Part shown: positions 38,949 through 49,882 of the stretch, in pieces | How positions within the stretch are numbered: the stretch's first letter is position 1 | Layout of the letters: the number at the start of each line of letters is the position of its first letter | From: Chlorokybus atmophyticus | Taxonomy: Eukaryota > Plantae > Mesostigma and Chlorokybus algae | Direction: 5' to 3' | Length of the DNA: 64,000 nucleotides | Assembly (NCBI GenBank): GCA_009103225.1 | Contig: RHPI01000810.1 | Coordinates: 124,001 to 188,000, forward strand | Made by a program: the position numbers and the translations under genes | The notes under the pieces: generated by a model | What the model was told of the DNA's origin: nothing | Databases searched by the model: none | Seen by the model: the letters and a program-made list of their open reading frames with translations, nothing else

Positions 38949-41900
38949 ATGTCGTGGTCGGCGGCGGCGGCGGTGGCGGCGGCGAGGATGGGGGGGGTGA
39001 TGGGAGGGGCGTTTGGGGAAGTGCCTTCATCCGCTGCAGCGACGCCGTGGCTGCATGGAGCGTTTGATGGGCTGGGAGGTGCAGGAGGAGAGCTGGGGTA
39101 TACTGGGAGCAAAGGTCGGCTAACAGTCTTGATCTAACATTGCCTTTGGTCGCAGTCTGTCTTTCGGCATGAATCAAAGTTCTCATGCACTGAAACAATC
39201 TAGCTATATCAGCTAAACCTGATGGCGTACATTGCAGCAACAGTGTTGCCCTTCGATTGACTACGGAAGCATACATGTACAGTGTAAATTGTGTCAAACA
39301 GTTACACAATCTATACTGTACAACATGCTACATTGCATTCTTCGAACAAGCTATAAGCATGCTAGCTTGTAGCTTTAAGTGCGCAACCAGGCAGTATGAC
39401 ATGCTTGCATGTGATCTTGTTAGTACACGGACGTTGACTCCATTCAATCTGAGGTTGGCATTGCTGTAACGCTATAATCTCAAAATGCCTCAACGACTAT
39501 TGAACGGCTATTGGAACATACATATGAGCGAAGAAGAGCATAATCAAGCTTCTTGACAAGCTGCCTGCAAACGCTATGTAATGTGTCTACCCACCATCAG
39601 CAACGGCTTCATCTGACAAGCTTACGTCTGCACACATGTACTCATCTTTTCGTTAGTCATCTTCTTCTTCACTCATTCGTGCATTTTATATGTGCAGCGG
39701 CGGCGGCGGCTTTGCGGGAGTCGCAGTCGCGCGTGGCGGAGCTGGAGTCTGAGCTCGTGAACGCGCGTGAAGCCCTGTCCGCCCTCCGAGCCCAAGTCCA
39801 GAGGTCAGAGAGAAGTTGTGTTTGCAGCTGGCAGTGTGGGACTTTGCTGTGTTGATGGCCAAAGACATCACACCCGGTTGTTATTGTTTTATACAGACTG
39901 CTGGCTGAGCAGCAACGGGACGAAGAGTTGCAGCGCGACCGCGGAGGTTAGAAAGACGTCACGTTGAGTAACCTGTCTCTCCTAGTAACACCTTCCTTTC
40001 TTATGCAAGCCAGTATTGACAACTGCTCGCTCAATTAGCATGTCGTTTGTCAACTGTGTTGATGAGTGACTTTATATCCACTGGAGTTGACAAGTCAACA
40101 AATGTTGTTGCCACACGTCAAGTCTTGTGTTGTCAAGCGAGACCCATGCTGAAGTCTAGGTGTACGGGACACTTGTGCGTGGTCAGGCGTGATGTTTGTG
40201 CATGCGTGCGTGCGTGCGTGCAGAGGTGGGTAACAGGGTGCGGGAGGTGCAGGAGGCCGCGACGCGTGCGCTGGAGGAGGCCGAGGCCGCAAAGGCCAGC
40301 GCCAACAACCTCGAGGCACGCACATGTTTGTGCATCGGACGACCAACGCGTTGCTGAGACAAAGCTCACCTGTTTCTGCTTGCTTTGCAGGCCGAGAATG
40401 TTGCGCTCAGGACACAGCTCTCCGCAAGCGAGGTCAGCCATACCTGCATGTTTGGGACGTGTGGACAATATATAGTGTTGTGGCTGTCGAGTGGTTTGTT
40501 TGATGAGGCCGTCAGTGCAGGCGGCGTTGGCGAGGGAGAAGGCTTCGCGAGAGAGGGACCGCGCATCTGCTGCCGAGCGCATGGAAGAGGAGGTGCGTAT
40601 GTGTATGTACAGGTCTCGCCATGTATGTAGCAGTAAGCCAACCTGTACTTTGTATGTGTTTGAACAGATGAGGGCGAGGGAGAGGGAGGCGGTGGAGCTG
40701 CGGCACCGTGCAACTGAGGCTGAAGAAAGGTGAGGAGATAGTTGGTGTGGTTGTTTGTTACCACTGTCGTGTTGTTGTTGATTGGGAATGTGTTCAGGTC
40801 ACGGCAGGCGGAGACAAGCAGAGTGGCTGCCTGCGACCGCGTGTCCGCAATGCAGGTATGTAGCTTTGGGAGCACCTTGCTCACCATGTGTGTTGCGCAC
40901 TAGCGCGCTGATATTGATTGCATGTGGATCAACAGGATCAGTTGAGCAAGGCGATGGCAAGCCTGAGCGATATGCAGGCGCAGCGCGACACAGCCGAAGC
41001 CAGCGCCCGACAGGTGCTGTGCGTGTGCATGTGTGTGCATGGTGTCAAATGTGACGCTATCATGAGTGTCTGCATGAAGATGGTCTTGTGTACCGACCTT
41101 CACTCAATGTGGTATGTGTCTCCCAGTCTCAGGAGGCCCTCGCATCCATCTTGAAGCTCAACCACTCCCTCGCCGACTCGTTGAAGCACACGCTGGTGTC
41201 CTCACCTCCACAATCAACCAACCCGCACTCTCCCCCTCCCCAGCAACACCGGCGTGTGAGAGTACCCGCCGAGGCCCTCATCGAGCTCCCCGCAGATGTG
41301 GACCTTAGGTACCTCACCGGCAGCAAGTTTCCGCCTCCCTCTTTCCCTCCCCGCGCGCAGAGGCCGATGAGGTTCAGCCTCAACACCGTCGCCAGCACCA
41401 ACAAGACGAAGCAACCGAACAACAACAACAACAACAGGTCGCCACGACCTGCGGTGGTGGTGAGGGAGGCGTACTCTGCCCCGTTGACACAGCGCAGCGT
41501 GAGCTTTGCAGGTCCGTGTGACTGAGAGGTGCTGATGACTTTGTTTGCACGTGTGCGCGTGATTGTGTGGTGAGTGAACGTGTGTGCGTGCGTGTGCAGA
41601 TACCCGCACGCAACCGCTGGCACAAGTGGTGCAGAGTTTGCAAGAGGAGCTCCTTAAGCTAGACGAGTAAGCACGCTTTAGGACATCCACCATGTGTGTT
41701 CGTTGTAACATCCTCTGCCATCAAACATGCAGGCGATATAACGAGCTTCTCATCAAGGCGGAAGTGGGCTTCCAGGACAGCAACAAGTACGAGAGCCATC
41801 AGCGCTTGACTGACGAGATGGCCCAAGTCATTGATGAGATGAAACGCAAGGTGAGTGCCTGATGTGTTCTCACTTCACATTGTTGTTGCACATTGCAACG

Positions 41901-41987
41901 GTCTGTTAAAGCCTGTTGCATGTGCAGGGCCAACAGCTGCAGCTCTTGAAGAAAAGCCAACAGCAGCAGCGCACATATGCATACTAA
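38949..41987 (+). CDS. Coiled-coil centrosomal protein with a CEP57/translokin-like C-terminal microtubule-binding motif, multi-exon
   Basis: Heptad exons (LRESQSRVAELESELVNAREAL...) and C-terminal LQEELLKLDE|RYNELL...RLTDEMAQVIDEMKRK|GQQLQLLKK, resembling Cep57_MT_bd (lQdE..l...y.eL...L..eL..l...me.K..Qi..l). Confidence 0.58.
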
Positions 41988-42085
41988 TGCTGGGTAGGCT
42001 TACTTGGTATATAGATATGATAAGTAAGTAGTTAGCTAGTAAGTAACATATAGACACCTGCCCAGTGCAAGAGTATATACTGCTC

Positions 42086-44700
42086 TCATTGCAGCAGTGC
42101 GCCCAAGTATCTATCAATGGCCTCCCTTCGCGCAGCCTCATTGATCTCTTGCTGCGTCTGCGCTACAACTGCGATAAGCGGCGGCGACGCTCCGCGCGCA
42201 GCACTTATCGCAACACTCCACGGCTCAATGCCACCCACACTGAACGCCACACTGTTGTTGTTGTTAGCATCCTTGTGCCCTGTGCCTGCCTTGTTGAAGT
42301 CCTTTATCGGCAGCGCGTACGCGAGGGCGGAGCGCGACACGCGTACGGCGCCGGTGAGTAAAGATGGCGCGGGTGTCTGCGATGATGATGCGGGTGCCTC
42401 TGATGTGGATGTGGACGGAGTTTCTTGTTGTTGTTGTTGAGAGTGATGGGCTTCTTCTTGAGATGATGATGAAAGGTCTGTTCGTGATGTGTTGGGAAGC
42501 CTGCTGGTGGGTGGTGAACTGCCTCCGGCAGTAAGGGATGCAAGTATTCCTGCTGCAGACTGCTGCCCAGCAGCCTACAGACGCAGCATTTAGTCAAGCA
42601 CAGCAACATGCAAACGCGTGTGCAGAGGTTGCGCGTGGGCACACGCACACATGCACGTCCGCAAACACACCTGTTTGGATGAGGCACAGAGGTATCCTTC
42701 GCCAAGCATGCGGCACTGGCACAGTGCACACTCGCACGCGTTGTGGCGCGGAGACCGCCACCGGGCCCTCGCGCTCGGGGAGTCCGTAGCTTTCGATTTG
42801 TAGCCACCTCCCTTTGCTTGCAACGCAGGACGCACAACCTGGCACAGAATGTGTGTGTGCATGTGCGCGCATGCGATTGTGTGCGTGCATGCGCGCGCGT
42901 GCGTGTTATGACATGTGCACACGCTGTGTCTGCGGCTCACCCTGTAGGCGTATTCCTGGCGTGCCTGAGCTGCCAACACCGCGCTGTCGTGCTGGCTGTT
43001 GAGCGGGCAGTTGAGCTCCTTGCCTGCAAGCGTGACTTTGTGCAAGTTGAGCAGCGGACTCTGCGGCGGCTGCTGCTGCTGCTGTTTGTGGTTGTGTGGT
43101 TGTCGTTGATGTTGTTGTTGTATCGAACTCGTGCCGCTACCCGCCATGACCACACCCTGGCTGCCTTCGTGGTCCAAACGCAAAGCCGCCATGCTTCCCT
43201 CTGCCATACATACACAAGCACATCACTACAGACAAGTCAAACAGCCGTCATCCCCACATATAGTCCCCAACCCACCTGCTCTAAGCTGCTGCTCCCCTCC
43301 TTCATCTTCTCTTCTTCCTCCTGCTCCTCCTTCTCCTTGTGGTCCTCCTCGCCGTCTAGAGGCTCGTAGCTCACGCGGGAGCGGCCGGTAGCGCGGTGCT
43401 GAGGGGGCGTCCTTTGCTGCCGCCGCCGTCATCTCTTTACACCTCTACACACAAGTTGTGATATTGGATTGTTGCTTGTTGTTTATTCAGATTAACTCAA
43501 AGACGTGTACGCATACCTCAATAGCTTCAGCTGTGTGTGACGAGTGCAGCCGCTGCATCAGCGTCGTCACCCTCTCACAGTTGGAGTCATTCTGTCACAC
43601 ATGTCCAACTAACAATCACCACCTCTGTCTAACTTGTATCAAACCCAACATGACCCAACATGTCCTCACTTGAGCATTCAGCTGCGTCAAGTACGCTCCC
43701 TCCAGCTCCGGCGCCGTGCTCACGACCGGCGCCGCGGACATCATCGACCGCGAGAAGGTCGACGACTCGGGCAGCAGCGTAGAGCGCGAGGCGGCGGTGG
43801 AGGGAACGGGGATGTTGTCGGCTGATGAGGGGACGTGTGTTGGGGTGGTGGGAAGGGAGAGACCATACTTGATGAGGAGATCCTGGTGGGTGGATGCGTG
43901 TCAACGTGCGTGCGTACGTGCGTGCGGGTGTGGGATACATTTGTTTGTGAAGATTGTGAAGATGAAGCCTACGTGCGCACCTTTGATGTCTCCCAGTCGA
44001 GTTGCGAGGGAATGCTTGAGGTTGGCCGCACCGGTGGCTTGGGACCTGTGTGCATTGGTGATGACGTTCAGTCAGCCACGCATTGAGCCAAAGTGTCGCT
44101 GACTGAAAGGTTGTCAGCAAGACAAGTGGAACCGGACTGACTATGTGGTCACCTTTGCGTTCGATGGTCAAGCGCTTGAGTATGTCCACCCTGCATCGGG
44201 AGGTACACGTACGAGTGAGTGGATGGGTGGGTGATTGAGTGAGCGGGTGAATGGGTGGGAGGGTGGGCGAGGGAGTAGGTGGGTGAGTGGGTGGGTGGGT
44301 GAGTGATTGCGTGAGAAAGCGAACGAGTGAGTGGGTGAATGCGTGAATGGGGTGGGTGATTAGGGAGTTGGTGGCAAGGTGAGGGAGCTTGCTTCATCCT
44401 TGCAAACTGATGGATCGGTCGGGACTGTGTGCGTGCGGATACTGTTCGTTACACTAGCGGCATTACAAAGATAGCAGATTGATAGATTCATCACTTTCAT
44501 CAACCCTTGTTCTTGATTGCTTCCACACCACTTGCAGCAACAAGCCACGCCTGACTCACTCAATTCAGCTCTTCCCCTCAAGCCTTTCAGCACTGATGCA
44601 CACAATGAACTCACGGCACAGAGTCGTTAGCGATACGCTGCGAGGTCAGCCCCACTGCTTGTTGCAGTTCACTCGCCATCACCCTCCCTCTCACCACCAA
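42086..44700 (-). CDS. Hypothetical multi-exon protein, no family recognised; both ends tentative
   Basis: Chain of GT-AG-bounded open exons, e.g. VDILKRLTIERK, ATGAANLKHSLATRLGDIK, APELEGAYLTQLNAQ, RCKEMTAAAAKDAPS, CECALCQCR, EINEAARREAIDRYLGALLQ*. Confidence 0.4.
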
Positions 44701-45068
44701 TGCCTCCGATGACGCCGACGACGCCGGACACGGACAGGGCCACACTGAAGCGCCGCAGTCAATTGACTGAAAGCGCCGGCTACACCGTAACCGACCCAGT
44801 TAGTGACTGGAAGTCAACAGACATCGCAACGGAAGAATAACGCTGCAAGTTCCGTATCATTGTGAACTTCCAATGTAGGAAGAGCTATTGAAACAACAAG
44901 TCATCATGTTACTCCTTTGTCCCAAGTAGTATCTAGGTCACTCATACCAAAGATACGACGCGTGTCTTGGCATTGGCAATGCCACTGAAGTTAGTTAGCA
45001 GCGCAAACTAACGTGCAGTATTGGTTAGCAGCTGTGCCCCCGCCAGATTGGCGGCGGCGGCGCCGGAT

Positions 45069-46908
45069 ATGGAGAAGGACAAGGAGGTGACGGAGAATGA
45101 CGAGAAGGATGAGCATGGAGATGGCAGACGAGGGGAGGTGGTGTGCATGCTGAGCGTCGAAAAGATCAGCAAACATGTCGACAGGAGAAAAAGGAAGGAG
45201 CAGGCCAGGGAGAAGGACAAGCGGCGGCGCAGGCGGCGGCGGCGGAAGGATCGCAGCAGCGTTTCCTCCTCCTCCCCCTCCTCGTTATCCTCGTCCTCAG
45301 CAACGTCTAGTTCATCGTCATCGTCAGGAGAGGACTCGGAGAGCTCCGAGGATCAGCGTCAGAAGCGCAAGCGGCGGAGCAGCAGAGAACCGACCAAAAG
45401 GAAGCGCAGCAGACGCAACCACAAGGACAAACACGCAACAAAGAAAAGGCAAGCTTTTTACTGTGCTGGATCTCCCATAGTGTAACCGTGTGCAGATGCC
45501 TCTTTCACATATGAATCTGCATCATTTTGATCATCTGCATTAGCCATTTGGAGTCTGGAGACGTGGAGTGCTAATGCGTGCGTTGAATGACGTGTGTGAT
45601 GAAGACCACCAGGATCAATGCATCAAAACTGAATCACCACTCTGTTCTGCATTTGGGCAGAAAGCGTTCACGGCGGCGGGATGTGGGAGAGGTGAGCGGC
45701 GATGGCAGTGACAAGGCTGAGGATGTGGCTGGTGGGGACGCCATCGGTGCACTGGACCCATCAGCAGCGTTGGTGGTATCACGGCAGGTGCGCTTAGTTT
45801 GTGTTAGGTACTGTGCCTAGCAATTGGTATGATACACACGCATATATGAGCACTGCTGCTTGCATGCTTGCATGTCGGCGTGTGTTGTTGTTGTGTGATA
45901 TTCTGGCGTGTGTATGCAGGCAGCTGCGTACGCGGATGTCAACCGCATGAACGAGCACACCCGTCAGGCCGCGGCTTTCGCTCAGGTGGGCGTGCGCATG
46001 ATCCACTCTCCACCCTGCTTAGCGATAATGTGCATGTGAAGGCCAGCGTGTTCCGTGCTGATGATGCTCCGGCCCATCTACCTTTCACCAAGAAATCAAG
46101 CAGTGATGTGACAGACACATGAGGGACTACACTAACAAACTACACTAGCAAACCCACACACGCGAACGAAACGCAGGCTCGGTTGGCGAGTGGGGAGTTG
46201 CAACAGGCTCGACAGCACCAGAAGCAGATGCAGAACATGTACGGCACTACCGACCGCAGGTGCGAGTATAGTAATGAGAAGCGTGGCGCACCCTCTGTTG
46301 TTGATGCTGCTGGGGGTGACTAACAACTTGCTTGTGATGTCTTTCTTGTTGTAGGGCTAGCAAGAAGCTCGCTCAAGAGACGCGGGTGAGTAGTAGCAGT
46401 GTACGCACACGTGCGTGTGTGTATAATTGTGTACGAGCATGCTGTTCACATCGTGTCGTATCAACAACACTCTGCTCGACAACACAGAAGCTGAAGAAGG
46501 TGGTGAGCGTCTGCAAGCAGCTGGAGGAGCACGAGCAGCGCGAGCTGGAGCGCATGGACGCCTTCCGCGCCGCGGTACGTGCACCTTTCTTTCCACATCA
46601 CAACCGTATTAGCATCTCATCTCAACTTGCCAGCATGTCTACCCTGTACTCATGTGGCTGTCTTGCGCGTGTGGCGGCGCCGTGGGGGTGCGCCCCCCCA
46701 CTCTCCCCGCATTTCCGTTGGGTGGGTTTTGTGTACCGCTCTGTCTACATAGTTGGGGCTGCCTTCGGCCGAAGCGCAGCGCCAGGCAGAGTGGCGCGCA
46801 GCCATGTCAGCGGCGGCAGCCGCAGCGGCCGACAGCCCTCGTGTGCAATCGGGTGGAGAGACCCGCGCCAAGCGCATCGGGCCCAAAGTGCCCTCCTCGC
46901 TCAAGTGA
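45069..46908 (+). CDS. Hypothetical Arg/Ser/Lys-rich nuclear-type protein with C-terminal coiled coil; intron 1 appears to be GC-AG
   Basis: MEKDKEV...RRRRRRRRKDRSSVSSSS...KKR|KRSRRRD, AAAYADVNRMNEHTRQAAAFAQ, KLKKVVSVCKQLEEHEQRELERMDAFRAA, ending IGPKVPSSLK*. Confidence 0.62.
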
Positions 46909-47524
46909 CTCCCATTGTGTGCGCCCACGGATAGTGCTAGTGTATGTGTATGTGTTGGCATGTGTTTGTGTATGTATGTGCGGAGACACTTGTAGCATTA
47001 CTCCCATGGTTCTGCATTCATTGCAGGTAGTGTGTAAACAAGGTGCAACGGGGATGTTATGCATGCAAGGCAACCATACACATGGCATGCAAACATCATG
47101 TGACACTGCACTCACCACGCATGCAATCATACATACACAACCATTGGGCTATATACACCATACTCACTGCCTCATTCCTACGAATGGCGCTTATCTACCT
47201 ACTCACCAACCCCGTTCAGTCATGCATGCATGCTGTTCAGAGTCAAGTGATTACCTAAGCAACACTTGTTGCAGTGTGCTGAATCAATGGTAGTTCAAAG
47301 CATTACTAGTAAGCCGGTGGGTTCGCGGCATTACGCCATGGCAGACTGCGACTTGTACAGTGCAAGTATTCGTTGATTGTTACAAATTTTCTGCTGCTGT
47401 GTATCAATCGCATGTCAAGGGTTGCTCGCAGTTCGGGTGGGTGCGAGTGTGGGTGGTGTAGAGTACAGGGTGAATGGCTTGAATGTTGCGTGAACCATGA
47501 GTGTGTGATAATTAGTGTGTGCTG

Positions 47525-47800
47525 CTGTGATTGTACTTGTGCATAAGCAGTACATGAACATATTATAGAGTCGCCTCAATGTCTTTGCATATGCATATAT
47601 ACTCAAACCTCCTTCCAAGCCCATCATCAATGTGAAGTTTTGATGTGCATACACCAACATACCATGATCTATACCTTATACACCAAGGTGCGCTTTCTTC
47701 AATCTGTGCACGATGTGCTTACAACGCAATTCCCTTATTGCATGCACATTGTATAAGGGACCATCCACCGGGAGCTTAATGCTTGTATGTCAACATAATA
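47525..47800. repeat. 276-bp direct repeat, copy 1
   Basis: Identical by eye to 53583-53858 (ctgtgattgtac...caacataata). Confidence 0.95.
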
Positions 47801-48299
47801 GAGGTTGATGACCAGGAGACACCTTCCACCCGTTGGTAATGAAAATGTATGGCAAACTAGTCGAGGACTAGCACACCCGCGGTGCATACCAGCCTACATG
47901 TTGCGTCTGTGTGCGCGCCACAACGCACAATGCAAGGAGCGGAGCCACGGCGCCTAAAAGGGTTCATTCGCATCTGCCGACATAGCTTGCCCACTCACCG
48001 CTGGCACAAACAATGGCAATCCTGGAGCGGCGGTGGTGGCGACAGTATTTGAATGGGGTCCTATGGTCCAGGGCTCTCAAACAATTGAGGTGGAGGCAGC
48101 ACAAATAGCGTGTGACTTGGTGTGCGTCTGGGGATGTGTGTGATGTGTGCGGTTAGCCATGATGGCAGCACTTACAGCTAAAGCTTCCATGTCAGTTGTA
48201 TGCATTGTGCATACTGCGACGACTTTGTTGTATGCACATAGTTCTTGTACAAAAGGAAGCCATTGATCTCGAACGACTATCCTCGATGTATAGAGAGGG

Positions 48300-49400
48300 T
48301 ATAATGCAGGGGCCACAAGCAAAGATGCAAACAAGCCAGCACTCAAGCACAAAGCCAATATAGACCACGGCAACAAGGCACAACCAGCTAGCTACCTATG
48401 GGGTTGGACCTATGTGCGTGCAAGGCAGTGAGGCAGGCAGCAGCAGCGGCTATGGTGACCAAGCTCAACTACCTGCACAAGGTAGGGGGCAGGCAAAGGC
48501 TATGGTTAGGCGTGGATGGCAAGGATGGCAAGGATGACAGCACCGACGACAATGCTAACGAGGACGGTTAGCCCCCCGCCGCCAGCAGCTGTGTGGCTGT
48601 CCTTTTACCTGCCACACACTCACCGCAAACGGATGCAGGCCAAAAGCCGTTGGAGTGAGAGTGAGACAGGTGATTACAAGCAAACGTGGAACGCCAAGCA
48701 TATCGCGGGCATGTGAAGTAATGCTTCCAATTGGTGGTGACAACCACTCACCCATCGTTGCCAGTGGCGGCAGCAATGACATGAAACAAATGCCTATATG
48801 TGGAATCATACATAAAACCTAGTCTCGTCCACATCACCGCTTGCAGCCTAGACAGCAGAGTGCTTTTGTTGTATCCCATAGCTTGCATCTCGTCCAACAG
48901 CTTGGCCACTTCCTCGAGGAAGTGAGCCCTGCAAGTATAGACACATATGAATTGGAAAGTCTGAGAGACCACATCATTGAGCTTAATAGCTCGTGCAATG
49001 CTAGACGTGGGATGAGGTGCTCTCAGCACTGGCACAGTGCTAAATGCTGGCTTCCGCAGCTTGCTGTACAGCCTGGTGCACACCCCGGTGTTCTTTATCT
49101 TAAATAGCAACATGTGCAAGTACGGGACCAGTGTGCCCTCAGCATGCATGGTATAGTTGTTTTACCTACGCCTTGATAAGTGTGCAATGCTTACACAGGA
49201 TAGCACTGCCCGTGTGCAGTTGTGTTCCCGTGCATAATGTGCATACATCTGAGGGTCTGACATCTGCCCGGTGCTTGAAGGTTACTAGGAGAAGTATAAG
49301 CTTGGAATCAAAGCTTTAATAAACGGCGGCAGTAACTCATAGTGTCCTTAAATAGCGAAATTCCTTGTCGCATATAATGAGCTGCATGAAAGTATAACAA
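48300..49400 (-). mobile_element. Second degenerate Penelope-like element (RT palm/thumb end plus 3' non-coding module)
   Basis: PHPTSSIARAIKLNDVVSQTFQF...LDEMQAMGYNKSTLLSRLQAVMWTRLGFMYDSTYRHLF aligns with copy 1 PHPGTNISKHAKLGVIVSQCIRF...LHAMQREGYAKQTVVGKLRRWMYAQRGMLYDSTYKYLF. The downstream non-coding DNA also aligns. Confidence 0.72.
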
Positions 49401-49680
49401 CTGCTCCACTGTCTCCAACATGGGCTCAGTGAAAGTAAATTCTCCGAGAAGGGCGGAGTACCAACAATTATACGGTAAGATGTGCACCTTTACGGTAAAT
49501 TTGTGCATAGATAGGAAGTGCATTCAGAGAGTATTACGGTTTTCCTAGTTCGTCTGCTATGGCACTTGCACCTGCTTCAGGTGTTTGTTGTAGTGCAAAT
49601 CAATCGATAGCAACGCAAAACGCAGTGTGATATACCTTGCAGGCATTGGGTGAGGTTGTGTAGACTGGCAATCGTACAAA

Positions 49681-49682
49681 GA

Positions 49683-49738
<56 letters not shown>
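49681..49738. repeat. (GA)n microsatellite
   Basis: Directly visible. Confidence 0.95.
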
Positions 49739-49741
<3 letters not shown>

Positions 49742-49882
49742 CGCTGAGGCTTAGTAACCATCAACTGCTAAGTACAGGGCTATACGTGCAAGAGTGCATG
49801 TGAATGTAAGCAACAAATTTGTACAATACACACAACAAGGCAGGGTATACTGTTCGTGCAATCTCTTCACCCGTTCTTCCCA

